DNA of 63,747 nucleotides, filler included, from Globobulimina sp. (taxonomy: Eukaryota): NCBI GenBank assembly GCA_003354225.1. It is 28 parts of 28 records of this genome, joined end to end, with 100 filler letters (N's around TTAATTAATTAA, not from the genome) between each part and the next. Parts side by side here need not be neighbours in the genome. Positions count along the whole stretch, not along the records: positions 47,899 to 50,077 come from PIVH01008391.1; positions 50,178 to 52,356 come from PIVH01008392.1; positions 52,457 to 54,635 come from PIVH01008393.1; positions 54,736 to 56,913 come from PIVH01008394.1; positions 57,014 to 59,191 come from PIVH01008395.1; positions 59,292 to 61,469 come from PIVH01008396.1; 22 more parts are not named here. The stretch is one strand, 5' to 3'. A program made the translations under genes and the position numbers. Below the pieces are notes generated by a model, which was not told where the DNA came from, searched no databases, and worked only from the letters and a program-made list of their open reading frames with translations. Each line of letters begins with the position of its first letter. The stretch's first letter is position 1. Positions 47,799-59,747 of the stretch are shown one piece after another.

Positions 47799-48259
47799 NN
47801 NNNNNNNNNNNNNNNNNNNNNNNNNNNNNNNNNNNNNNNNNNTTAATTAATTAANNNNNNNNNNNNNNNNNNNNNNNNNNNNNNNNNNNNNNNNNNNNAA
47901 AATATTTTAGCAATCAGGTCTTAGAAAGTTTGACAAATAAATTCAAAATGAGATTTAAAACTTATTTACCGACACTGCAACAAATTGCAAACAGAAAAAC
48001 AAATGTTCTCGGTATCTCATAAAATAAATATTTAAAATGTGTCATCAAACATTTGTGTGATCGTTGGAATAATTTTATGCGTTCGGACTTCGAGTCCTCG
48101 ATTCCAGTATGGATCACCACACTGACTCTTTCGTGAGTTGTTGTATTGGGTGTTTTTATAATTTTTTTTGATAGAAAAACCGAAAGACTTTCAAAAACCA
48201 TAAACCAATCCACATCATCTCTTCGTTCAACTGCCGCAATCACTACAATTGCATCCAAC

Positions 48260-50077
48260 ATGTCGTCATTAGCGTTAATCGATGCAATGCTAAACGAATT
48301 AGGAGCGACTCAAGGTCAAACTGATGAAAATGACGAAACTATGAACGAAACTACGCAGTCCACCCTTTGTGGCGACAATGAACCTGAAACCAAATTACCC
48401 GACGGATATGACAATTTTGCTGATTTAACCTTAACATTACGCGGTATCCCAGAATACGAAAATTATCCATACACACAGCCAGCAGATAAATTTTTATTTA
48501 TGGCCGACATCAAAGCGCCATTATTCAAGAAAACAATGGAGAGAGCCGCCATTGACTTAGTTTGCGTCATCGATGAGTCCGGCTCCATGCAGGGCGACAG
48601 AATCATTTTAGTCAAACAAACCGTGGAATTTATCATCAAAAATTTAGAATCCAACGACAGATTCGGCATTGTTGGATTTGCCAACGAGTCGCGAGACATA
48701 TTGCCATTAACAAAAATGGACGACGTCGGCAGGAAAATTGCGTTAAACGAATGCAATAAAATTAAAGCGAGCGGAGGTACCGCATTATGCAACGGCTTGA
48801 TTGACGGCATTGAGATGTTGAAGAAAAGAAATAAATTAAATCGAAATAAGATTGCCTCGGCCATGCTGTTTACCGACGGTAAGGCCAATAAAGGCATTAC
48901 AAATAAGATGAAGATCCTCGTCGAAATGGACAAATATTTGATTGCCAACGAAAACGACAAAGAAAAAGAAAAAGATAACAATACCATTGGCACCGACGAC
49001 GATGAAAAACAAAAAGCAAAGGATGTGGTTGAAGGTAAACCGGATGACGAGGCCAAAGAAGATGACATATTTTCATGCTCCATCAACACGTTCGGTGCGT
49101 ATTAAATGCCTATGCCTCTCCAAATACATTCGGTCTGCAATGCATACGGTACACAAACAGGTTTTGGTAAAGATCACAATGCGGCATTGTTGCAAGAGAT
49201 TGCTGAGCGAGGCAACGGAATGTATTCCTTCATCGAGACTCAAGACCTGATCGCCGAGACATTTGCGGAGGCCCTCGGCGGCTTAGTCTCAGTTTGCGGG
49301 CAGAATTTATATGTCACCATCAGCGCATTGAACAATGTGGCCATTCACAAATGTTTGAGCAAAAGATTCAAGAAAAAGGAAATTAAAAAACACAAAGTGA
49401 TGCAGATTATTATTCCAGACATACAATCCGAAGAAAAAAGAAGTTTATTGTTCGAGTTGAACGTGGCCGCCATGGACGAGGAAGAGAAGGATTTTGGGAT
49501 AATTGAGTTCAGCGTGGAATACAACAATACCATTATTAACAAGAAAGAGAGATTGAGCACGATCTGTAGCATAAATCGCGTGAGCGGCGATTTGAAAGAC
49601 ATTGGTGAAGCCAATATGGAGTTGGATATCCAGCATAATCGCATCATTGCTGCCGACGCCATGCAGCAAGCAAACGATGCGGCGGAGAATCGCAAATTAA
49701 ACGAAGCCAGGAAGATTATTAAAAATGCGCAAACTGTGATATCTGGCTCGCGCTCCAAAGAGGAGACTTTTTGTGCGACGTTGGTGCATGATTTGGAGCA
49801 GTGTTTAACGAAATTAGTGTCGGAGTATGAGTACAGTTCGAGCGGTCGGCAGTATATGATGATGAACAGTATGTCGCACGGATACCAGCGAAGTACGCAG
49901 TCCTCCAATATCATGAATTCGTCGCAAATGCGGTATAGAACGTCGCATCGAGCGTGTATGATGACCAATTTTAATCGGTCGCCAAATCCAAATCCAAATC
50001 CACAACTTGCAACTTTCCCAGCGAGAGATGATCAGAAAAGTAATATCAAGAATAATAATAATAATAAGCAAAAGAAT
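48260..50077 (+). CDS. vWA domain protein with a C-terminal helical extension; intron 49095-49160
   Basis: RAAIDLVCVIDESGSMQG...DRFGIVGF...ASGGTAL...MLFTDGKAN...SINTFG|FGKDHNAALLQEIAERGNGMYSFIE...FAEALGGLVSV. Confidence 0.9.
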
Positions 50078-50646
50078 NNNNNNNNNNNNNNNNNNNNNNN
50101 NNNNNNNNNNNNNNNNNNNNNTTAATTAATTAANNNNNNNNNNNNNNNNNNNNNNNNNNNNNNNNNNNNNNNNNNNNGTGACAGCTTCACAGAACTTGCC
50201 GTCCCGTTCGGTACAGGGAGTGTATGGCAGCCAGTCGATGATGTGTCGCTAAATAAGTCATACGAAGACAGTGAGGACTGATTGGACCGTGTCCGCTTAT
50301 TTCGTTTTATTCCATTATATGTACTCTACAACAAAGCACACAACACATAAATGTATAATATGTATAGTAACATAAAACGTAGAGTTGTTTGATCAAATTT
50401 GGTTCTGTTTAATTTTGAAATGTTAATTGTAGATAAAATCAACATACCTCCATCTTTTTATACATTTTTCGTCAATGACACAGAGCTACAACGCAACGTA
50501 CATACATTGCAAATGTATAACAGAACCAAATTAAAGTCAAACAGCAGTGTAATACAATAATATATAGCAAATAACTGGAAATCCGTGAGAATTTGCAGAG
50601 GATAAATATCTGGCTCGTGATCTAGGCCCCGGGGTCTGAGCGTGCG

Positions 50647-52204
50647 TCAGCTTGCTTTTAGGGTTGCTGCCCCACATCGATACGACGCCATTCTTGATGA
50701 AGCCCAATGCGCTGTCTGTGAAATAAGTTCGTTCACTGCGTTGTAGCTTTTATCATTCACATTCTTGCTTTTATTGGACAGCGATTGACGAAAAACATAA
50801 AAAGATGGCGTTTGCGGTTGCCGTGACAATGATGATGATCCCATTGGTAATGAACTCGCTGATTTGGATGCTTTTATATGGGGATGGCTCAAACGTGGGT
50901 GTTTCCGACGTGATACATAGCCGTTATTCACCGATAATTTTGACAATGTATCGCTAATTTCGGTGTTAAATGCAGCGGTTTTAGGCGACACATTATTAGT
51001 ATTGATAGGTGGTGGTATAACACCATCAGATTTAGATTCTTTCGAGTCATCATCACCGGACTCATCATCATCGTCATTGGAATCCATCGATGGCATACTT
51101 CCTTGTGATAGAAAAGTTTGGTGATGCGGCGCATTGGGATTTGAATGATCTGCAGACCAAAACCCCGGATTCGATTGAACATTTTTTATGGTTAATTGAT
51201 AAGACTGCGCGTCATTGTCATTACTGACTGTGGGTGACAGTGGAGATAATAATGTCAACTGACCATTGTGGCTCTGTGTGGATGACGCATTGGAGGAGCG
51301 ACGTGAATGTTTATTGCTATCCACAACGATTAATGGCTTTGGCGGCGCCGGTTTCTTTGGTGGCCGTTTGTTGCGCATATAATCATCATCCACTTCGATG
51401 TGCAGTACAATTTCCACATCGCCGTGTTCGTAGCGTTGCAACTGACTGTATGGTGACAGGAGAGACTCAGTTGTGACTGTTTGCGAATTTGCGTATATGG
51501 CTTAACTGAGTGAGTTTTTGAATCTCATTGGAGGCGTATTTCTTGTAATTAGTGCTTAATTGATGCAATTCGGCGATCAATTGCTGTTTTTCTGTCTGTC
51601 TTTTGTGCATTTGGTCCTTGAGATCCTCGATTTGTGTGTTAAGGTCAGCTTCGATGCGTTCATGGGATTCTTTCAATTCTTTTAAGGAGTTTTGAATGCT
51701 TTGCGTTTCTGCGTTGTTTGATAGATAGGATTTGTCCTTTAATTCGGTTAATTTTTGGAGCTCATTTTGGTGTATTTTTTGCAGATTATTTATTTTATTC
51801 TTATACACTGCGTCCATTTGATTGAGTGTCTGTTGGTGTACTTGTTGCTGTTGTTTGTATTTGAAAGATAAAGATTCGAATTGTGTTTTTATGCCTTGAT
51901 AGGATCGTTGCAGTTCATTATAATCATTGGTTATTTGTAGTTTTCTGGATTCTTTTGAATTTATCTCATTTTTATACTCTTCGATTTGTAAATACATTTC
52001 GTCGGTACGATTATCTGCGGATAATTTGGAGGATATTTTCAATTCGTCGATTACTTTATTTTTATTTAATATTTCTATTCGCATTGATGATGCAATATTT
52101 TCCATTTGTGCTAATTTCTTTGTTTTTGATGACAATTCTTTTTGATGTGCACTTAAATCTTGCTGCAGTTCCATTATCATAGCGATGTGTGAATTGTTTG
52201 CCAT
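50647..52204 (-). CDS. Coiled-coil + Ser/Pro-rich low-complexity protein; intron 51446-51506 (further 3' exons possible)
   Basis: A GTTAAG...ACAG intron joins the 245-aa coiled-coil ORF to the 264-aa S/P-rich ORF in frame (KLT-HQLQRYEHG). Confidence 0.6.
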
Positions 52205-54871
52205 GATATACTTAGTCAGTTAAGTGAAATTAAAACGCATTTAAAAAATATATTATCTGTGCTTTCCAAATCCGATTTCATCACAATATATTTATCAAAT
52301 GTTATTTGCACATATTTACGCATGATGAATTTCTGTGTATCTTCAGCAAGAATGCCNNNNNNNNNNNNNNNNNNNNNNNNNNNNNNNNNNNNNNNNNNNN
52401 TTAATTAATTAANNNNNNNNNNNNNNNNNNNNNNNNNNNNNNNNNNNNNNNNNNNNAAAACCACAGGTTTCATTTTATTATTATTATTATTATTTTTATA
52501 TTTTATTTTTGTTTGAGCTGCAAATTGTATACAAAATTCGTTTAGAATTCCAAAAATAACGGATTTGCATGGATTATATGGCCAGGTCCAGAGACAAATG
52601 TTTAACAACATGCAACGTGAAAGTCGGACTTACAAATTTAAATGAGATATGCGAGTAAACAGAAATTATGTCATGTTTATCAGTTAGTATTTGTATATGA
52701 TGATTTCCAATTGTAGACAAGGCAAATGTATTGGGGAATGCTATAGAAAAGAGAATAAAGCCAAATGTGGTGACACAAAGCTCGCAGATCTAAATGTTGA
52801 ATGGTTAGTGAATGTTGGCTTAAAGAGCCTCAAGGAATCAATGAGTGACAGGTTCCCACCAAAATGTGATGACCTGATCACACTTCACAATCATTCCATT
52901 AAATTCCATATTGCTAATATTTTTTATTACTTAAGTATTGGTAATCTTGAGAGATATTTGGCCCTAGCTTGTGTACTGAGTCAATTAAATGAGTTGCTAG
53001 AAATATATGTTTATAATTACATAATTTACAACATGATAAAACGTTCAATTACTACAAATTGCATAGAGTCAAATGGGTTACTGAAGGTTACATATGATTA
53101 CAATAAGTATTTACATATTACATAATGTGTAAATACAATAAACAGACTATTTGTTCATCAGATAACTTCTGTCGGAGTGAATTGTCGACTTTTTCCTGTC
53201 TTTTCCAAACAGCAATTGTTGTGCTGACCATCAGCTCAGGATGAAATTTGTGAAACAACAATTTTCTTTGCTCATTTAACTCGAGTAGAATCAATTACTG
53301 TCACTTTTACCTAAATAATAAAAATATAAAGGTTAAAAAAAAGAATAAAATTTTTTTCCCCAGCTGGGGATTGAACCATCCATGTACATCATGTGCAGTT
53401 TTCAAATTTCTCGACGAAACGTGATTTCGGGTTGTTGTAGATGGCTTACTGACGATTTAAACGCCGTGGACTTCAAATAGGCTAGAAAACGCGAAAAAAA
53501 ACACTAAAATACCAACTTTTTGTCAAACTTTTGATTGTGGACAATATAAAAATTAACGCTTTGGGGACATGCGATACTTCAAAAGAATCGCCTTTTCAAG
53601 GGCTTTCGAGTGACCGGTTGGGATTTTTGATTAGAAGCTTGGTTGGTTCGCTGTCGTCGTTTGAAGTTGACCAGGTACGGTATGACAGCTTGACCCGGTT
53701 GATAAAAAACTATTTTTCACTATCAGTATGCAAGTTACGGGTAAGTTTTGATATGTCAACGTAAAGAGCGAAGTATAAGGAATCGTTTGGTGATATTGTG
53801 AACAACTTTTGACCTCTGGTTCGTCTGCTACATGGGGTTTTACGAAAATTTGATGTTTGCCAAAAAGGTCGATTTTGAGCCACGTATACTTTCGGGTGTT
53901 GCGATTCCAAAATTCATCGTAGGTGGGTCAATTTTTTTTAAACGAAAGCTGAGGTCACGAGAAAGCCAATGAAGCCAGTGCCGTGTCTCTAGCGTGCTCC
54001 AGTGAAAAATGGCACACGTTTGAAAAAGGTGCCAAAAATGGACCCGGGATTTTTTTGTATTTTGGCTCATTGCCAATTTCCAGGGGGAGACTGTTGAACC
54101 TAGTTGGTGGCCGTGTGTGACCAATAGTTACCCCTACCCACCCACCAAGTTTCATTAGTATAGCTTTATTCACTGGAGAATGGTACAAAATGTGCTAGGT
54201 GTGCCACATCATATTTCACGAAATGGCCCAGTGAGCCCCTCCCCCTGGTAACCAGGAAAGAATACTGTAGTCGCAATGTACTGTAATAGTGTAAACGGAT
54301 GATTCTCCCTCGCAGTTTCGGCACATCACCGATCTTTTGGTTCAATCGCAAACTGTTCGGACCTGTGCTAAAACTGGAACCGGGAAGGCAAATATCTACT
54401 TGACTAGCGTACCTGAATTGCTCGATCGATTATTCTCAAAGCCACATTGGGTGTCACAACCTTGATCATAGCTATTTCATTGGCCGCTTTCTGTAGACAC
54501 AAACTAATGAGTAAACGGGCCGAGTAATCAATCCCCATAGACATATCGAGCCATTCTTTTGCTTTGTCAGATAGTGATGACTTTTTAATTAGGGATTCTG
54601 CTTCGGATATGTGAAAAAATGCTTTATTTTGTGCANNNNNNNNNNNNNNNNNNNNNNNNNNNNNNNNNNNNNNNNNNNNTTAATTAATTAANNNNNNNNN
54701 NNNNNNNNNNNNNNNNNNNNNNNNNNNNNNNNNNNTTCGCTTTAGTTCTCAAAAAAAAATCAGATCGCCACAATCGCGTAGTTTTTATGGTTGCCGCGTG
54801 AGTTAAATTAGTATCATTTAAATGTAGCATATCGTTGTTCAGGTTTTTTTTTTGGACTACCTGTGTAAAAC

Positions 54872-55960
54872 ATGTCTGAATATACAAGATCAAATGCAGC
54901 AACTGGGAACCTACCGTGTTTCCTTTCACCTCATTACCTCACAGATCCAGAAGACAGTCACTTGAATACAAACGCGAGGATCCCAACCTCACCATATCAA
55001 TATCACAGCAAATTTGATGATATCCAATCAGTGCCACCTCCACCACCACCTTTGAAACAATTACAGCAATATTCAACAAATACAAATTACAACAACACTC
55101 CCAAAACACTGTTAAAATCAGGCAACAACACACCAAATATATCACCAATCCCTGAAACGCCAAAACAACGCAATTATAACCGGCAACAAACCAGAAACAT
55201 TAACAGAAATCCACAACAAAGACACACACAAACAAAGTATCAAACTCATAAAACCCATAAACAAAAACGCCGTGCCTCCCAACCGCAAATACCTATATAT
55301 CCAACCATGAGCTACGAACCATTTGCTATCTCGCCCTCTGAGTCGGTCTCCAATTCACCTTACAACTCACCCATTAATTTGCCGTACACAAAGCGAGAAA
55401 TAAATGAAATCAGAATGAAACATTACAATCAAATCTATCAAACTAAAAAAGCACAAAAACATAGCTACAGAACACGGCGACATTCAGTGGGCAATAAAAA
55501 TATGTTAATACCGGCGAAAAAACCAGCGATCATAAAGCGTAGTTACACCTGTCACAACACACCAAAATCTACGCATATTACACACAAAAAATGCATACAA
55601 ACGCATACAAAAAATAGCAACAAATACAAATTATCGCCCTCTAACAGTTCGGATCCGATATCAACATCAAAATCACCCTCAAATACGTATACGTTGACAT
55701 CCAATGGCAAACAAAGCAGGAAAACATCCACCACCACAATCTCAAGAAGGAAGTCCCAGTCACAGACAAATAAAATCGCTGTCAAAAAGCATAGAATCCA
55801 AAGGCGCAAAAGTTATGACACAAGTTATGACGATGCGACTGTTGGTATTTACACTGAAGATCAAGAGATAAAACACTGCGAAAACCACACTATAACTCCG
55901 ACAGAAAATGAGTCACCCAATTTGACCCTATTTATGTATCCTTCTCTATCTCATATTTAA
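54872..55960 (+). CDS. Disordered S/T/P/K/N-rich protein
   Basis: 362-aa ORF of low complexity with RRxS motifs and no recognisable domain. Confidence 0.5.
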   Translation: MSEYTRSNAATGNLPCFLSPHYLTDPEDSHLNTNARIPTSPYQYHSKFDDIQSVPPPPPPLKQLQQYSTNTNYNNTPKTLLKSGNNTPNISPIPETPKQRNYNRQQTRNINRNPQQRHTQTKYQTHKTHKQKRRASQPQIPIYPTMSYEPFAISPSESVSNSPYNSPINLPYTKREINEIRMKHYNQIYQTKKAQKHSYRTRRHSVGNKNMLIPAKKPAIIKRSYTCHNTPKSTHITHKKCIQTHTKNSNKYKLSPSNSSDPISTSKSPSNTYTLTSNGKQSRKTSTTTISRRKSQSQTNKIAVKKHRIQRRKSYDTSYDDATVGIYTEDQEIKHCENHTITPTENESPNLTLFMYPSLSHI

Positions 55961-56036
55961 TGGCAATTTTTAGTGTATGGCTAAGTGTAACACCGTACAA
56001 CACCATGATTATCGCAATTTACTTTTCCTGTACATT

Positions 56037-56913
56037 TTACATCATAGAAACGTGTTTTTGCAACAAACCTTGGCTAAATAGCTGTCCTGTATTTATCGAG
56101 CCTGTGGTTGAAATGGGCTGATTGAAATATGCCGTGAATTTGGGGAAATGCATTACTTTACTTAATCCATGATAGACTTTTAATGTTTCATTCATTTCTT
56201 GACCATAGAACTCGATGGCTTCGAATAAAAATCTAGCGTAATAATAGAGCTCTCTGTGCCGTTCTGTCACAAATTCATCTTTAAACTCTCCACCAATCCG
56301 TCTATAGGTTTTCCTAAACTCTGTGCAGAATGCTGTCATATCACAATGGGTTCGTTCCGTAACATGGTATATTCCCATTTGAATTGTTTACAGATCAATA
56401 TTTGTTTAAAATCTTCTGTTAAGGCGATTTGGTGTTTGTTAATTGCTTTGGTCAATAACATTTCAAATTGACTCACACTTAACGGACATAATTCATTTAA
56501 TAATAATTCATGTCGCAGACATTCATATTTTGGAGATAAATGTGGATGGGAATGATCTACACCAAATCCATATTTGTTTGTATTCGATTCTGTAACATAT
56601 TTGCTTATGTTTTCATTGTTTCTTGAAACTGGAAATATTGCTTTTGTTTTTGCATCGAAATGCATCGGCTTTGCCGCTAACACATTGCCGTTTTCGTTTA
56701 TATTATCATCGCACTTTTTCTTTTGGTTGTGTTCTAAGTATCTTTTTACAAAATATTTCCAATCTGAATGGACTAAATATGAATGAATGATATCCATTTG
56801 GCTTTGACTATAATATTGCTTCAATGACCATATATTTTTCTCTCCAATATTATTAATATCAATCTGTTTTTCTTCTTGCTTTGTATCAATATTTGTACCT
56901 TTCGCTTTCGATG
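56037..56913 (-). pseudogene. Frameshifted gene with a putative ADP-ribosyltransferase-like domain
   Basis: Two overlapping frames (..LRNEPI / CDMTAFCTEFRKTYR) with no room for an intron. Downstream: LFEAIEFYG...KVYHGLS...FNQPISTT...FSQG. Confidence 0.5.
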
Positions 56914-57013
56914 NNNNNNNNNNNNNNNNNNNNNNNNNNNNNNNNNNNNNNNNNNNNTTAATTAATTAANNNNNNNNNNNNNNNNNNNNNNNNNNNNNNN
57001 NNNNNNNNNNNNN

Positions 57014-58781
57014 ACCACCCATATTCATAGTATTTGGCTGTTGCTGCGGTGGCTGAGTACCGCCAGATGTAAACGGCTCAAAATCACCAAATTGCGTATT
57101 ATTATTGGTATTCTGTGCTGGCTGTTGCTATAAAAAACACACAAAAACGTTAGTTTTGACAAAATAATGATAGTTTTGACGTGTACCTGCTGTGTCTGCG
57201 TAGGCGCATTATTCCATCCTCCAAATGGATCGGCAGTGTTATTCTGCGCTTGCATCAGATTAGCAGTGGTATTCTGTGCCGGTGCTTGGGTCGGCGCATT
57301 ATTCCAATCATCGCCAAACGCAAAGTCGTTACTTGTGGTTTGTGCATTTTGTATGGGTTTTTGTTGCGGCGCACTGAAGAAATCGTCCTGGTTTGCATTC
57401 TGCGCAAAAAAGTCATCCGTTTGAGGTGGAGGCTGTTGCTGTGGTCTTTGTACTGCCTTTGGTTTGTCGCTCGGCGGTGGCTCCATTTCGAATTTCATGC
57501 CTTCTTTTTTCTTCTTTTTTTTCTTTTTCTTTTTACGGCGCTCTTCTTCCGAATCTGCAGATTCTTCACTTTCTTCCTCCTCCGATTCTTCCTCACTGAA
57601 TTCTTCTGGTTTTCTCTTCTTTTTCTTTTTTTTCTTCTTTTTCTTACTTTTATGCCTTTCCTCCGCCGATTCATCCTCTTCTGAGTCTATATATTTACAC
57701 ACAAATAATACGCAAATTCGCACAAGAAAAAATTTAACACCTCATAATGGCATATATTTCAGTTTCAAACTCAACACAAAATAACAAGTCATACGCCGCC
57801 AGTTTCAAACTGAAAATGATTTTCAATGCAAACATTCAGTTTCAAACTGAGCAAAAAAATCTGTTTTCAGACTGAAAAAAATTATAATTTTCCAGTTTGA
57901 AGTTTTATTTTCAGTTTGAAACTGCACACAAATCGCACGTCAAAGTACCTTGATCACTGTCTCTGTCCTTCTTTTTTTTCTTTTTCTTTTTCTTCTTCTT
58001 CTTCTTCTTTTTGTCATCATCGTCCCACGCGGCAGATTTCTTAGCGTACGGATCGTACGAAGCGCCATAGGACTTACTCCATTGATTGGCCTCATCCTCA
58101 TACGAACGCGACTTGTACTGATTGCCGCTATAATTGCTGTTATAGCCGCCACTGCCTCCTCCACCGTCACCTCCTCCGCCACTGCCACCGCCGCCGGTAG
58201 TGCTGCCCCAACCGCCCGAAGACATGGACGTGCCGGTAATTCCTGACAATTTTTGCTATATAGGCAGGTATTGTGTGGTTGATGTATGCGATTTTGCGAG
58301 GAATGTAATTAACTCTTTGTTTCCTAGCATCGTTGCGCATTTTGTTTAAGGCAGAGGGGTCTTTTAATAAATCGAATATCTGCTTTGTGAGTGTCCGAAT
58401 GCCTCTGCCTCGGTCGTTGCCAGTCTCTGGATCGAAATAATGGAAATCCTGCAAGGGTCGCAACACAATCTGATGGTCGCGAACGTCTTCGATAACGCGA
58501 TCATGTCCGAATTTTATAATATGCATCAACAAATCCAACGACTTGTACACTACCCTCCAATTAGTGCCTGCTTTGTCGCCCATTCGCTTCCATAATACGC
58601 CCATTATCTCACGAAATTGTTGGTAATCGTTGGTGCCATCCGCCACATTGTTTTTTAAGGTGGAGGAGACGCCCCAATTTTGGTTGGATGTGGCTTCTTT
58701 TACTTGTTTTTCCATTTCTGAGCCGTGGTAGGAATCTACTTTTAACGCTGCCGCGTTATAAGTATTCTTAATCCAATCCAT
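57014..58781 (-). CDS. Epsin-related ENTH domain protein, multi-exon (introns 58256-58313, 57687-57948 and more), 3'-truncated
   Basis: EMEKQVKEATSNQNWG...IMGVLWKRM...NWRVVYKSLDLLMHIIKFG...FHYFD...DRGRGIR; tail with DDFF/DPF/DDW adaptor-binding motifs and poly-K/E tracts. Confidence 0.9.
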
Positions 58782-58877
58782 GGTTTTGGCTATGTGAGTA
58801 GGTGTTGACTAAAAAAACTATTTACAACATGACGCAAAAAACATGCAGAAACTATTAATTTTACAACATTTCTAACA

Positions 58878-59191
58878 TTATAAGATCATACAGCTGCATT
58901 TGGACTGTATATTGTTGGCGTGATTCACTGGCGTAGTTTCAACTGAATGTAGTTCAGGTTTTTGCTGTTCAAACCTTGCATCTTTGTCTTCTGTGATTTC
59001 ATAGTCGATATTCATTTGCTTCAATGCTGTTTGTAGGACAATATGTGTTCTTAAAGTCCCATCGATTTGAGTCAACTGAGCTGCCAACTGTTTGTTTTTA
59101 AACACTGTTTTTCTATATTTTTTGTAACCGGGCCATATATTATTTTGAAAATAAATCTCCCGAACCGGTTTGGTAGACATTCTTCTATCAT
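58878..59191 (-). CDS. Nicotinamide riboside kinase-like C-terminus ending in a CaaX motif, 5'-truncated
   Basis: DRRMSTKP...YFQNNIWPGYKKY...IDGT resembles NRK1 RRRSTR...YFDGHVWPMYLKY...LDGT. The protein ends KCSCMIL*. Confidence 0.55.
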
Positions 59192-59747
59192 NNNNNNNNN
59201 NNNNNNNNNNNNNNNNNNNNNNNNNNNNNNNNNNNTTAATTAATTAANNNNNNNNNNNNNNNNNNNNNNNNNNNNNNNNNNNNNNNNNNNNGGATCAACA
59301 ACTCTTAACCGAGATACGAGAGCGCGATTCCAATTATAAAAAATTACCATTATGGCGGGAATTGCAAAAACCATTGAAATATCCCATCGAGCCGCCAACA
59401 ATCAAATTATCAAACAATGCCCAAATATTGTTGAATTTGCTGCACTCAAATCAAATTGGAAAATTTCAGTTCAATAAGAAATTCTTAAATCTTCAATTCA
59501 TAAAACAGTTTGTTTTGAAAACATTGCAAAATATGAATAAAATAAATGAGAAAGAATTTGAAATGAAATGCTTGCTGAAATTAAGAGACGTAATCAGAGA
59601 GTTAAGTCGTTTGGAAAAAATCAAATTGATTGACGTACATCAAGATATTTATATTGTTCACAACTAAAAATCAAAAACTTAAAAACATTGTAGGATCAAC
59701 TTTAGCAATTATTTATTTTTTAGAATCAACAAAACAAACAAAGAAAC

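Noticed and set aside
53355-53385. ggggattgaacc B-box-like motif as a tRNA
   Set aside because: No cloverleaf or A-box could be built around it.
20141-56913. NADAR + ART-like + PIWI + YR element as one defence island or toxin-antitoxin system
   Set aside because: They sit on different size-sorted contigs, so adjacency is meaningless.
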